Positions 47,079 to 55,209 of a stretch of 64,000 bases of DNA are shown piece after piece. The position numbers and the translations under genes were made by a program. The DNA lies in NCBI GenBank assembly GCA_964653435.1, contig CAZZFA010000008.1, forward strand, positions 15,253 to 79,252, in the 5' to 3' direction. The DNA comes from an uncultured Planctomycetales bacterium (GTDB lineage Bacteria > Planctomycetota > Phycisphaerae > UBA1845 > PWPN01). Under the pieces are notes generated by a model. It had not been told where the DNA came from, did no database searches, and saw nothing but the letters and a program-made list of their open reading frames with translations. The stretch's first letter is position 1. Each line of letters starts with the position of its first letter.

Positions 47079-48167
47079 ATGCCCTTCGCAGATCCACTTT
47101 CGCTCTTTCCAATCGGCCAGTTCTTCGAGTCCCTGCTACCAGACTTCATTCTGGCCTTCACGTTCTTCACCGCGTTAGTCTACGCGGTGCTGGGGAGACG
47201 CTTTGATCACCAGCGCTCGGCCGTGGCCATGGCCGCGGCCGTCGGCCTGGCCCTCAGCCTGGGCCTCGTCTGGTGGGAAGCGCAAACCGGCCTGTCTGTC
47301 AGAAACCTCGGCCCGCTGGCAATCGGCTTTGCCGTCATTCTCCTGGGCATGATCATGTTTCAGGGGATCCGTCAGACCGGCGGGTCCTGGGCAGGCGCCG
47401 GCATCGCCATGGGCGCCAGCATCCTCATCGCCTGGATCCTCGGCGTGGACTGGCCTGTTGCACCGGCGGTCGTCCAGTCGCTCGCGATCGTGGGCCTGCT
47501 CGCCGGCATCATCGCGTTCTTTCTGCATCGGCATGTACCCTCGTCGGGCTATCACTGGGCCCCGGCCAACGTTCAGCCTGAACTGGCGGGCGTTCGACAC
47601 GACATGAGCGATCTTTACGAGGATCGCCGGATGGACCAGCGGATCGGGGGCGCCCTCGCACACCTCCGGGCCCGGACTGATTCGCTGTCCGTCCATCGTG
47701 AGGAGGCCCCGGACTTCATGGCTCAGCTCCGGCGGATCCTGCCGGCAGAGGGTTGGCTGACGGAACGGCTCGCCGCCCTGCGGGCGCGGGCCCACGTGAC
47801 CCGCAAGGCACACCTGGATCGGATCGATGAACTGCGCCACGTAATGGGCAAGCTTCCGCGGGACGTCCGAAAGAAAGCCGAGGACGAGCTGGCCGCCCGT
47901 TACGAAGAACTGAACATGGACAAACGGCTGGAGCGGCTGGACGCCGCCGTGGCCGAGAACGAGCGCCGCATCCGGGACCTGATACGGGAAGCCGAGGCCG
48001 CGGTCGTCCACAACGATTACCGAAAGCTTGCGGACCTGCTCGACGCCGCCCGCAAGCTGCAGGCGCACAACGGCAAGTTGTTCACGCTGATCGAGCGGGG
48101 GGAACACAGGTTGATCGAGGCGGCACAACGAGTCGCCAAGGATGTATCCGCGGTGAACGATGCGTGA
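47079..48167 (+). CDS. Hypothetical membrane protein with C-terminal coiled-coil region
   Basis: ~5 hydrophobic segments in residues 1-160, then a charged helical region (RKKAEDELAARYEELNMDKRLERLDAAVAENERRIRDLIREAEAA). Confidence 0.65.
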   Translation: MPFADPLSLFPIGQFFESLLPDFILAFTFFTALVYAVLGRRFDHQRSAVAMAAAVGLALSLGLVWWEAQTGLSVRNLGPLAIGFAVILLGMIMFQGIRQTGGSWAGAGIAMGASILIAWILGVDWPVAPAVVQSLAIVGLLAGIIAFFLHRHVPSSGYHWAPANVQPELAGVRHDMSDLYEDRRMDQRIGGALAHLRARTDSLSVHREEAPDFMAQLRRILPAEGWLTERLAALRARAHVTRKAHLDRIDELRHVMGKLPRDVRKKAEDELAARYEELNMDKRLERLDAAVAENERRIRDLIREAEAAVVHNDYRKLADLLDAARKLQAHNGKLFTLIERGEHRLIEAAQRVAKDVSAVNDA

Positions 48168-48619
48168 AGGTGGGCGCATCGCGGCTCGAAGACCGCCTGG
48201 CACCCTGGGAACCCCCGTACAAGTCCCGCGGGGAAGCGCAAGTAGGCCGGCTCCTTGACCGGTACGGGATACCCTTCTTCTACGAGAGCCCGTGGACCGT
48301 TCAAGACCAGGGGCGGCAGCGCACGTGGCATCCCGATTTCGCCTTGTTCTCCTATCGTGGGCTTGTGCTCGAGTACGCCGGCATGCCGGATCGTCCCGAT
48401 TACATGGAGGGCATTCGTAAGAAAGAGCGTGTGTACGCGCAAAACAGAATCCCGGCCGTGTTCGTGTATCCGCAGGACCTCCGCGGGCCGTGCTGGCCCG
48501 CACAGGTAATCGAGCGGATACGGGACACGTATCACGCAAGTTTCGGCCGGAAGAGTTACGGGGGTGCGGGGCACAGGTGGTACGCGTGCGGCGCACCGGC
48601 ACGCGCGAGGTACCGCTGA
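48164..48619 (+). CDS. Hypothetical protein, possible restriction-endonuclease-fold (PD-(D/E)xK-like) domain
   Basis: 4-nt overlap with the previous gene. The pattern E..VGRLLDRYGIPFFYE...HPDFALF...LVLEYAG resembles Vsr/DUF559-type cores. Unverified. Confidence 0.4.
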   Translation: MKVGASRLEDRLAPWEPPYKSRGEAQVGRLLDRYGIPFFYESPWTVQDQGRQRTWHPDFALFSYRGLVLEYAGMPDRPDYMEGIRKKERVYAQNRIPAVFVYPQDLRGPCWPAQVIERIRDTYHASFGRKSYGGAGHRWYACGAPARARYR

Positions 48620-48636
48620 TCTGATGACCGGCGGAC

Positions 48637-50763
48637 TCACGCCCTGAGGTCGAGCCAGGTCAGTAGCTCGACGGGCGTGCGTGCGCTCGATCCCGCGGCC
48701 GCTATGGCCTTCTGGCAGGCGCCGACGGCCTCGGGACAGGTCGCCAGGAGGATGATCCTGTCGAAACCGGCGTTCTTGAGCTTCGTGATGTTTTCTTTGA
48801 TGTCAGATTTGCCGGTCTCGATTTCGAGGGCGACTCGCGCTCCCGGCCGCTCGGCCAGGAGATCAACAATGCCGTCGCCGGGTACGGGGTACTCGTGGGT
48901 GACCTCGTAGCCTTCGGACTCCAGATACTCGGCTGCCCGCTGAGCCCAGAACTGGTGCTGCAGGCTGGCGCGGGGGACAGTGCCGGGGTCAATGCCCATC
49001 TCGTCACACAGGGACCGGCCGTACTCCGTCAACTGGTAGAGCACGACCTGGCCGGAGCGCGTGGCGATGGTGGTGGCCTCGATGAAGCCGCCGGCGGCGA
49101 GCTGCTGCCGGACGGCGTTGCCTTTTCGTCGCGACAGATTCAGCCGCTGATATCGTGAGACGGTGGTGGACAGCGGCCTGGCCGCCACGTCGGCCAGGAA
49201 CCGGATCTCTTCCCGAGACATCTCGGGAAGAGTCTTGGGCGGTTGGCTATTTGGATCATCAGATGAATCATCTACTGGATATGGTCCGGATGAAGTCATC
49301 TGTGATTCAATGGGGGATGGTGGGTGGGGATTATTCTCTTGATATTCATCCGGGGCCGGAACGGGAGTGATCGGTGCCCATAAGGCCAGCGCGGGGCTAT
49401 TCGGTCCGGAATCACCGGAACAGGTCCCCATCCGGTCCCGAACCTGGTCATCCGAGACCGAGCCCTCTTGGATCGGAAACAACGGGACTCGGACCAGGAA
49501 GGGTTCGGGGTGTTCGTCCGCCAGGCGCACGATCGCGGTACCGATGGGCAACGTGCTGAGGGCCTCTTTCTGTTCCTCAGTCAGGTTCATGGCCCCGGCA
49601 ATGGTCTGGATGTCGCCGCGCAGCTTCTGGCTCAAGGCCAGGGTGGCATACGAGTTGGCAAAGGCGACCTTGCTCAAGAGGGATGCGGACTGATCGACAA
49701 AGACGTAACCCATGCCGTACTGGCGGATCATTCGGATTGAATTCTCCAGCACGGATTCCTTGGCTTCGGCGGCCTTCTGCAGCAGAAGGTTGTGCGCCTC
49801 CTCCAGAACGATCAGGTTGGTCAGTTTGGTTTGGGGCCCCTGGGCCAGGCGATAGCGGTACAGGTATAGCGTGAGGGCCTCCGAGAACATGGTTCGGTCG
49901 GAGTTGCTGGACAGGCCGTCCATCTCCAGGACCACGTTGTGGTTCAGCAGATCGCGGACGTGGCTGTTGTTCTGCGTGTTGACCACGGAACCGAACTCGC
50001 CATAGGTCATGGCAAGCAGGATCCTCTCGGCCGAAGCCTGCCACATGGCGGCTCGGCCTCGAAGCTTGTTGGATTGGAGCCAGATCAGAAGATCATGAAC
50101 TGTGGGCCATCGGGTCGGGTGTCCATCGAAGACGCCGGCGTCGCGGAACAGCTTGTCCAGCCCGGCGACCAGAAGGCTGATGACGCCCTCGCCGCCGAGG
50201 TAAGCGGCGGCGATGACGTCAACGATCAGCTTGATCCAGACGTTCGGCTCGCAGCCTGGCGGCGGGATCAGGGGGTTGAATCGGAAGGGAGAAACGTCCC
50301 GCCCGATGGTGTACACGTGAAGATCGGATTGGACGGCCATGAGGTCGCGGTACCCTCGCTTCCAGTCGAGGGCCAGCACGTTGATGCCGCGGGCCATGAT
50401 CCCCTTCATAAGAACGAAGGTCAGGTTGGTCTTCCCGGAGCCGCTTCGGCCGGCCACGAGGATGTGTTCTTTCAGCCTGGCGCTTTTGAGGAAGAAGGGG
50501 TAGAGCTCACGCTGGCCGTAAGAGACGTTGCCGACCTGAATGTCGCCGGCCAAGGCAAAGGTTCGCTCTGGCGGCGGGAACGGCGATCGGTCGGGCATGT
50601 AGTTCTGACCGAGATGGCGTGCGGCCAGCAGCTCGAGCATCTGCTCGATGTCGGCCTTGCCAGCTGGATCCGACTCGGACAGGTACACCGCCCAGAGTCG
50701 ATCGACTTTGGGGCCCAGGACAGGTTTGAGCTTACGACATAGTTCCTGAACACGAAGCATCAT
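48637..50763 (-). CDS. HerA/FtsK-superfamily (DUF87-like) ATPase fused to wHTH and C-terminal PD-(D/E)xK nuclease-like domain
   Basis: Walker A ILVAGRSGSGKTN and Walker B NLIVLEEAHNLL. Pro/Ser-rich linker. wHTH-like RRKGNAVRQQLAAGGFIEA...VVLYQLTEYG. Terminal GYEVTHEYPVPGDGIVDLLAERPGARVALEIETGKSD. Confidence 0.75.
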   Translation of the reverse strand: MMLRVQELCRKLKPVLGPKVDRLWAVYLSESDPAGKADIEQMLELLAARHLGQNYMPDRSPFPPPERTFALAGDIQVGNVSYGQRELYPFFLKSARLKEHILVAGRSGSGKTNLTFVLMKGIMARGINVLALDWKRGYRDLMAVQSDLHVYTIGRDVSPFRFNPLIPPPGCEPNVWIKLIVDVIAAAYLGGEGVISLLVAGLDKLFRDAGVFDGHPTRWPTVHDLLIWLQSNKLRGRAAMWQASAERILLAMTYGEFGSVVNTQNNSHVRDLLNHNVVLEMDGLSSNSDRTMFSEALTLYLYRYRLAQGPQTKLTNLIVLEEAHNLLLQKAAEAKESVLENSIRMIRQYGMGYVFVDQSASLLSKVAFANSYATLALSQKLRGDIQTIAGAMNLTEEQKEALSTLPIGTAIVRLADEHPEPFLVRVPLFPIQEGSVSDDQVRDRMGTCSGDSGPNSPALALWAPITPVPAPDEYQENNPHPPSPIESQMTSSGPYPVDDSSDDPNSQPPKTLPEMSREEIRFLADVAARPLSTTVSRYQRLNLSRRKGNAVRQQLAAGGFIEATTIATRSGQVVLYQLTEYGRSLCDEMGIDPGTVPRASLQHQFWAQRAAEYLESEGYEVTHEYPVPGDGIVDLLAERPGARVALEIETGKSDIKENITKLKNAGFDRIILLATCPEAVGACQKAIAAAGSSARTPVELLTWLDLRA

Positions 50764-51359
50764 GGTTGGTCACCTCCTTCATCCCCGAGGATCTGCAGCT
50801 TTCGAAAAGCAGACAGATACTGCTGAGCGGATTCAGGCAGGCGTTCACGGATTCGGGACACGTCGCGCCAGAAGGTCACTCGCTCCGCGCGCTGTTCGGC
50901 GCGCAGGTCGTGCATGCGTTTTTCGTAGACGGCATAGGCTTCCTCTGTCGCGGGGTTAGCGTTTCGGGCGAGTTCGTTGAAGGCGTAGCACTGGGACCAC
51001 TGGATATCGAGCATGTTCTTCTTGTAGATCTCCTCTCGCTGTTTGATCTGGCCAAGGACATCGTCAAGGGCCATCCAACTGGTGTGCTTGCGATCGAACA
51101 AAACCGCGGTCTCCGGCTCATGGTCCGGGACCGCGAAGTAGCCCTCTTGAACGAGATCTTCGACGGTCTGCGGACCGTCATCGATTCCAGCGACGTCTTC
51201 GTCGGCAGGAGAAGCGGGCTTGGCGGTCCAATAGGGTCGGACACCGTACCGCGGCAACGACGGCGTACGGCCATACTGATGATGCCTGCCGTACAGGTAC
51301 TGGTAGGCAATGGAGCCGTACGGAGTACCTGCGGCGGGACTTGTTGTTGATGGATTCAT
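50760..51359 (-). CDS. Hypothetical protein (199 aa), translationally coupled to the HerA-like gene
   Basis: GAGGTG RBS before ATG 51359. ATGA overlap with the downstream ATPase start. No recognised family. Confidence 0.6.
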   Translation of the reverse strand: MNPSTTSPAAGTPYGSIAYQYLYGRHHQYGRTPSLPRYGVRPYWTAKPASPADEDVAGIDDGPQTVEDLVQEGYFAVPDHEPETAVLFDRKHTSWMALDDVLGQIKQREEIYKKNMLDIQWSQCYAFNELARNANPATEEAYAVYEKRMHDLRAEQRAERVTFWRDVSRIRERLPESAQQYLSAFRKLQILGDEGGDQP

Positions 51360-51404
51360 GGGATCACCTCGGATGTGACTATTGCGCAGTGGTAATACGT
51401 TCGA

Positions 51405-51507
51405 GTTTATATGTGTTTCGGTCTGGCCGATGCGGCCGGGCGGCCTGCCGCCGGTTGGGTAGGCCGCCGCGGGGGTGTCACGAGGCCGTGGTGGCAAAGG
51501 TTTATAT
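51405..51507. promoter_or_regulatory. Divergent control region: two GTTTATAT boxes flanking an 8-bp-stem inverted repeat
   Basis: GTTTATAT at 51405-51412 and 51500-51507. ggcggcct (51439-51446) pairs with aggccgcc (51461-51468). Lies between the divergent starts at 51359 (-) and 51545 (+). Confidence 0.45.
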
Positions 51508-51544
51508 TCTCAGGCCTCTTCCGGGTACCGCGAGGTGATCATCC

Positions 51545-51712
51545 ATGGGAAGACCATTCAAGTGCCCGTACTGCGGATCCAACGAGACCGTCAGCAAGGG
51601 CGTGCGCCGCAACAAGACCGTCGGCGATCGCAAGGTGCGTCGGTGCAAGAAATGCCATCGCAAGTTCACGCCAAAGAACCAGCTATCGGTGAAGGCGGAG
51701 GACGAGGATTAG
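51545..51712 (+). CDS. 55-aa zinc-ribbon protein, below the track cut-off
   Basis: GAGGTG RBS. Product MGRPFKCPYCGSNETVSKGVRRNKTVGDRKVRRCKKCHRKFTPKNQLSVKAEDED, i.e. CxxC...CxxC with a basic loop. Confidence 0.6.
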   Translation: MGRPFKCPYCGSNETVSKGVRRNKTVGDRKVRRCKKCHRKFTPKNQLSVKAEDED

Positions 51713-51824
51713 CGGAGACCCCACGCAATGGACTCGCGACCGCGAGATCATTCGTCTGGCGTTCGAGCTGGCCCGCGCCGTCGATGCCCTGGTCGAGCAT
51801 ACGAGGGCATTCTGCTACGAGGTC

Positions 51825-52478
51825 ATGCTCTCGGCCCACGGCTGCCCAAAGTGCGGCGGCTCGCTGAAGATGATCGGCGAGAGCAGGTGTGCTTGCCGCG
51901 AGTGTTTGTACGAGTTCGACCCGACCGTCCACTTTCAGCGGTGTCCGGCCTGCGAAGGCCGGCTGCGGCTGCGGATCTGCCGGTACGTCTGCCAGAAGTG
52001 CGGGGCAGACGTACCGTCCCGCTTCGTGTTCGACGGGGTCGTCTTCGATCACGAGTACTTCCGCCGGAAGATGGCGGAGTCGCGTGAGCGGCAGCGGGAA
52101 CAGCGTGCCGAGCGCCAACAGCAGGTGGCGGAGAACCGGTCAGCGTCGGCGGAACCTCCGCCGGTGGACCTGGCTTCCGTGCCCGGTCTGCTGCAGGCGT
52201 TGAACGGCCTGACCGCGATTCCCGATCTGGCGGCTTGGGCGCCCCTGATCCAGGGTTTCGACTTGCAGCGCTACGAGGCGCATTTGCAGGCCCATATCGG
52301 GGCGACCGAACGCCGGTTCGATGATCTGCCAGCCCTGGACGAAAACCCTCGCCTGGACCGCATCTGGCGGTTCATCGCGATCATCTTCATGGCCCATGCC
52401 GGCCGTATCCGGGTCCGGCAACAGGGGCCGACCATTCTGGTGGCGAAAGTACATGAGACTGACACAGAAGGACCGTGA
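51825..52478 (+). CDS. Multi-zinc-ribbon protein (217 aa)
   Basis: CPKCGG, CACREC, CPACEG and CQKCG pairs in the first 70 aa. The frame is open from 51693 with no canonical start before 51825, so the true start is uncertain. Confidence 0.6.
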   Translation: MLSAHGCPKCGGSLKMIGESRCACRECLYEFDPTVHFQRCPACEGRLRLRICRYVCQKCGADVPSRFVFDGVVFDHEYFRRKMAESRERQREQRAERQQQVAENRSASAEPPPVDLASVPGLLQALNGLTAIPDLAAWAPLIQGFDLQRYEAHLQAHIGATERRFDDLPALDENPRLDRIWRFIAIIFMAHAGRIRVRQQGPTILVAKVHETDTEGP

Positions 52479-52809
52479 GTTCCTGGAAACACTCAAACGG
52501 CTCATGGAGTCGAAGGACCTGTGGGTGGACTTCGCGTCGGGCCACCCAGGTTACATGGTCCTGCGGGGTACTTACGGCGACAAAGTCCATCAGGCCTTCC
52601 GCATGAGCCGTCAGGGCGTCCGCTGGCGTTTTCAACGTCTGTTCAACGAGGTGTACGTCAATGCGTTCGAGACCATCCTGTTCATCGAGAAGATCTTCGG
52701 TCCGCAGCTCCGCGAGCACGCCGTACGAATCAGCCAGGAGCGGTACACGAACCGCCAGCAGCATCGACAAGCCGGGTTCCGATCGGCCAGCGAGGTGAAC
52801 CGCGAGTGA
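52453..52809 (+). CDS. Hypothetical protein (118 aa)
   Basis: MRLTQKDREFLETLKRLMESKDLW... Overlaps both neighbours. No recognised family. Confidence 0.5.
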   Translation: MRLTQKDREFLETLKRLMESKDLWVDFASGHPGYMVLRGTYGDKVHQAFRMSRQGVRWRFQRLFNEVYVNAFETILFIEKIFGPQLREHAVRISQERYTNRQQHRQAGFRSASEVNRE

Positions 52810-53297
52810 CCGATTCAACCAAGATCGACTACCGGTACCGTCGTATCAGCCAGATCGGGGATGTAACCGACCTGGTCACCATGCTGTTTCCGGGAAACCG
52901 AAACCAGCAGCACGCGGCGGCGCGGATTCTTCTCGTGTTGCGCGATGCCGAGGATCTGCGGGACAAGCTCAACGACCTGCAGCGGCGTTATGGTATCTCA
53001 CGGAGGACGCTGGAACGGACTCGGGCCAAGCTTGTCCGCCTGGGCCTCATCGAGCGCATCAGTTGGATGAACACCCGCTACGGTGGCCGGGAGGGTTGGA
53101 AGCTGTCTAGCCGGATGAGTTCATCGTTGCGCCAGCTGGCGGATCGGATTGATACTTGGCGAGCAGACCAGCGGCCGGAGGGTGCTCGGAAAGAGCAGGC
53201 GCTGATCGAGCTGTTGCGGCCTGCTGCGGCGGCGAGAAAGGAATTGCCTGAAGTGCGACGACCTGATGAGCGAATCGAAAGCCGGTCGTCTTCATGA
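52806..53297 (+). CDS. Putative winged-helix DNA-binding protein (163 aa)
   Basis: GTG start in a GTGA overlap. YGISRRTLERTRAKLVRLGLIERI is HTH-like. Confidence 0.5.
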   Translation: MTDSTKIDYRYRRISQIGDVTDLVTMLFPGNRNQQHAAARILLVLRDAEDLRDKLNDLQRRYGISRRTLERTRAKLVRLGLIERISWMNTRYGGREGWKLSSRMSSSLRQLADRIDTWRADQRPEGARKEQALIELLRPAAAARKELPEVRRPDERIESRSSS

Positions 53298-53401
53298 TCC
53301 ACAATCATCAGTAAACCTTATGACAAGATGTGTCCGGTCGGTGATGGCACGTTCAGCGTTGTGGAACGTGCCATCACAGGCACGGACCGGAGGAAAAGAA
53401 C

Positions 53402-53806
53402 ATGACATGGAGACCCAATGCATATCTATTGGAAGGCCAACTCGATAACACGCAGCCCGGCAGGATTACCGGCTGGATGCGGTTTGCGGGCCTTCCGCAG
53501 AAGGTAACCCTTGAACTGGAGGGGGATTTCGACCCGGATATCCGCGGACGGAGAATCGCTTTTCGGAATGCCTACTCCGGCAGATCTGCCGACGCCGAAG
53601 AGTACATGGACGGCTTCCAGCCGCGACAAGTCGGCAAGGTCGGCCACATCACGCTGGGCGGACCACCGCAATCCTGGACCGATTTCCCGTACATCGAGTG
53701 GATTTCGACCGAGAATGACCGTGTGGTCATGTACCTGGAGCCACACCAAGTGGCCGTGATTGATGAGTCGATCGAGGTTGTAGCCGCGGAACCTGGGCTT
53801 GGGTAG
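53402..53806 (+). CDS. Hypothetical protein, family C copy 1 (single domain)
   Basis: MTWRPNAYLLEGQLDNTQPGRITGWMRFAGLPQKV... aligns with the N-terminal ~125 aa of the 56982..57653 product, roughly half identical by eye. Confidence 0.65.
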   Translation: MTWRPNAYLLEGQLDNTQPGRITGWMRFAGLPQKVTLELEGDFDPDIRGRRIAFRNAYSGRSADAEEYMDGFQPRQVGKVGHITLGGPPQSWTDFPYIEWISTENDRVVMYLEPHQVAVIDESIEVVAAEPGLG

Positions 53807-53821
53807 CCCGGGGCCTAGCTT

Positions 53822-53852
53822 GGCCGGGACCCAAAGCCTTATAAACCCGGCC
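53822..53852 (+). terminator. Hairpin after family C copy 1 (7-bp GC stem, 17-nt loop containing TTATAAA)
   Basis: ggccggg...cccggcc, 16 nt after the stop. There is no U-tract, so its function is uncertain. Confidence 0.3.
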
Positions 53853-54169
53853 GTATTACCACTGGCCAATCCTCACAATGAGTGCACGTAATGTGCCCAC
53901 TGGCGAGCCGTATCGGCTCTGCCTGAGGACTCCTGAGCACGTGACAGCACGGACGCACCGCGTTCAGTCATCACGAAGCCGGTCCTCGACGAGAAACCGG
54001 GATTGGCCGAGAGCCAGCCCATGTTTGACGTAGTCTTCCCGCTCTTCTCGACAGACCGCCGTTTTGGGGCGGTTTGATGATCGTGTTCTGAAATCCGTAG
54101 ACCCCGAGCCCCGCTATTGGAGTGAGGCCCGGGGTCGTTGTGTCTCTGGATCGAAAGGAGGTTCTGCAT

Positions 54170-54424
54170 ATGTCCTACCGCAAAGGCCGCGTGACCGCGG
54201 TCCACCACCACAGTGGATGCTGGGAAGTAGTTGTTGAAGGTGAACGCCCCGGGTCCTTCCACATCGACAACATCTTCATTTGGTCGATGGTAGACGCCTA
54301 CGGCGCCGACTGGATCGGCCGCGAGGTGGAGTACAAAGATGGCTGGATGCAATTCCTGGACGCCGTCTCTGATGGTCCCACCTTGCATCCCGCCCCGATA
54401 TCCCGCCCGTTCCCCCTCTCGTAA
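54170..54424 (+). CDS. Hypothetical small protein (84 aa)
   Basis: AAAGGAGG RBS before ATG 54170. No recognised family. Confidence 0.55.
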   Translation: MSYRKGRVTAVHHHSGCWEVVVEGERPGSFHIDNIFIWSMVDAYGADWIGREVEYKDGWMQFLDAVSDGPTLHPAPISRPFPLS

Positions 54425-54563
54425 CGGTCGCTCCCGAAGCTTCTTCGCGTGAGAACATCGCCCAGGCGACGAACCCGCGCGCGTGCGCGGGCGCCCGTGT
54501 TTATCAAGTATCCGCGGTCTCACGCCGGCGATGGCATGAGACCCACCTTGCAAGGAGAAGGTT

Positions 54564-55052
54564 ATGTCTGAACGATATGCCGCAAGCATCACGATCGGCG
54601 GCCAGATCAAGCAGAGCGATCTGGCTGCGTTGCTGGAGGCCATCACACAAGCGTCGGCCTGTCACGACTGGGGCGAACCGCCGTTCGAGCCGAAGTCGGC
54701 TCAGGATCTGGCGGCAGCAACCCGTGACGGCCATCTCTTTCTGTGCGACGACCAGACCCGGTACGGCGAATTCCCAGAGCTGGAGACGGCCTGCCGCGAG
54801 CTGGGCCTGTCGTACACCCGCTGGTGCGAGGGTTACTGCGAGTATGACGCCGAGGTCGTCGACTGGCGACCGGGCATGAACGAGCCCCTCTGCCGCGCTG
54901 GCAGCAACTCGGGCGATGCCACCTTCGTGCCGGCAGATGAGGTCCGCAAGGCCCTCAAGCACCTCGAATCCAACCACATCGGCAGAGCGAGAGAACTCGT
55001 GCGAAAGCTCTGCCCCGACATCCCCGATCTCCCGCCGTTTACGATCGTCTGA
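54564..55052 (+). CDS. Hypothetical protein (162 aa)
   Basis: AAGGAG RBS. No recognised family. Confidence 0.55.
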   Translation: MSERYAASITIGGQIKQSDLAALLEAITQASACHDWGEPPFEPKSAQDLAAATRDGHLFLCDDQTRYGEFPELETACRELGLSYTRWCEGYCEYDAEVVDWRPGMNEPLCRAGSNSGDATFVPADEVRKALKHLESNHIGRARELVRKLCPDIPDLPPFTIV

Positions 55053-55209
55053 TCCCCTCAGCTCACTCACAGGTGTCTTGAGTCAGGCCCGCTGTCCGGA
55101 TTCACGGTGGTTCCGCGCGCTCGCGTGGGCCGTGGCGCCGGCATCTGAAGAGCGACCCCATGACCCGTGTGGCATGGTGTCGCACGCATCAACCATGTTG
55201 GAGGAAACC

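Noticed and set aside
51545-52478. IS1-like programmed frameshift joining the 55-aa zinc-ribbon ORF to the downstream multi-zinc-ribbon ORF, which would indicate a transposase
   Set aside because: It would need a +1 shift, and there is no slippery A-rich motif at the junction. The downstream product has no DDE or other transposase motif that I recognise.
53873-54646. 257-aa minus-strand ORF, and a possible small gene or ncRNA in the 53807-54169 gap
   Set aside because: The ORF is antisense to two plus-strand genes that have strong RBSs. The plus-strand 51-codon frame in the gap (MSARNVPTGEPYRL...) has a Ser/Arg-rich implausible product. The gap is left unannotated apart from the hairpin at 53822-53852.
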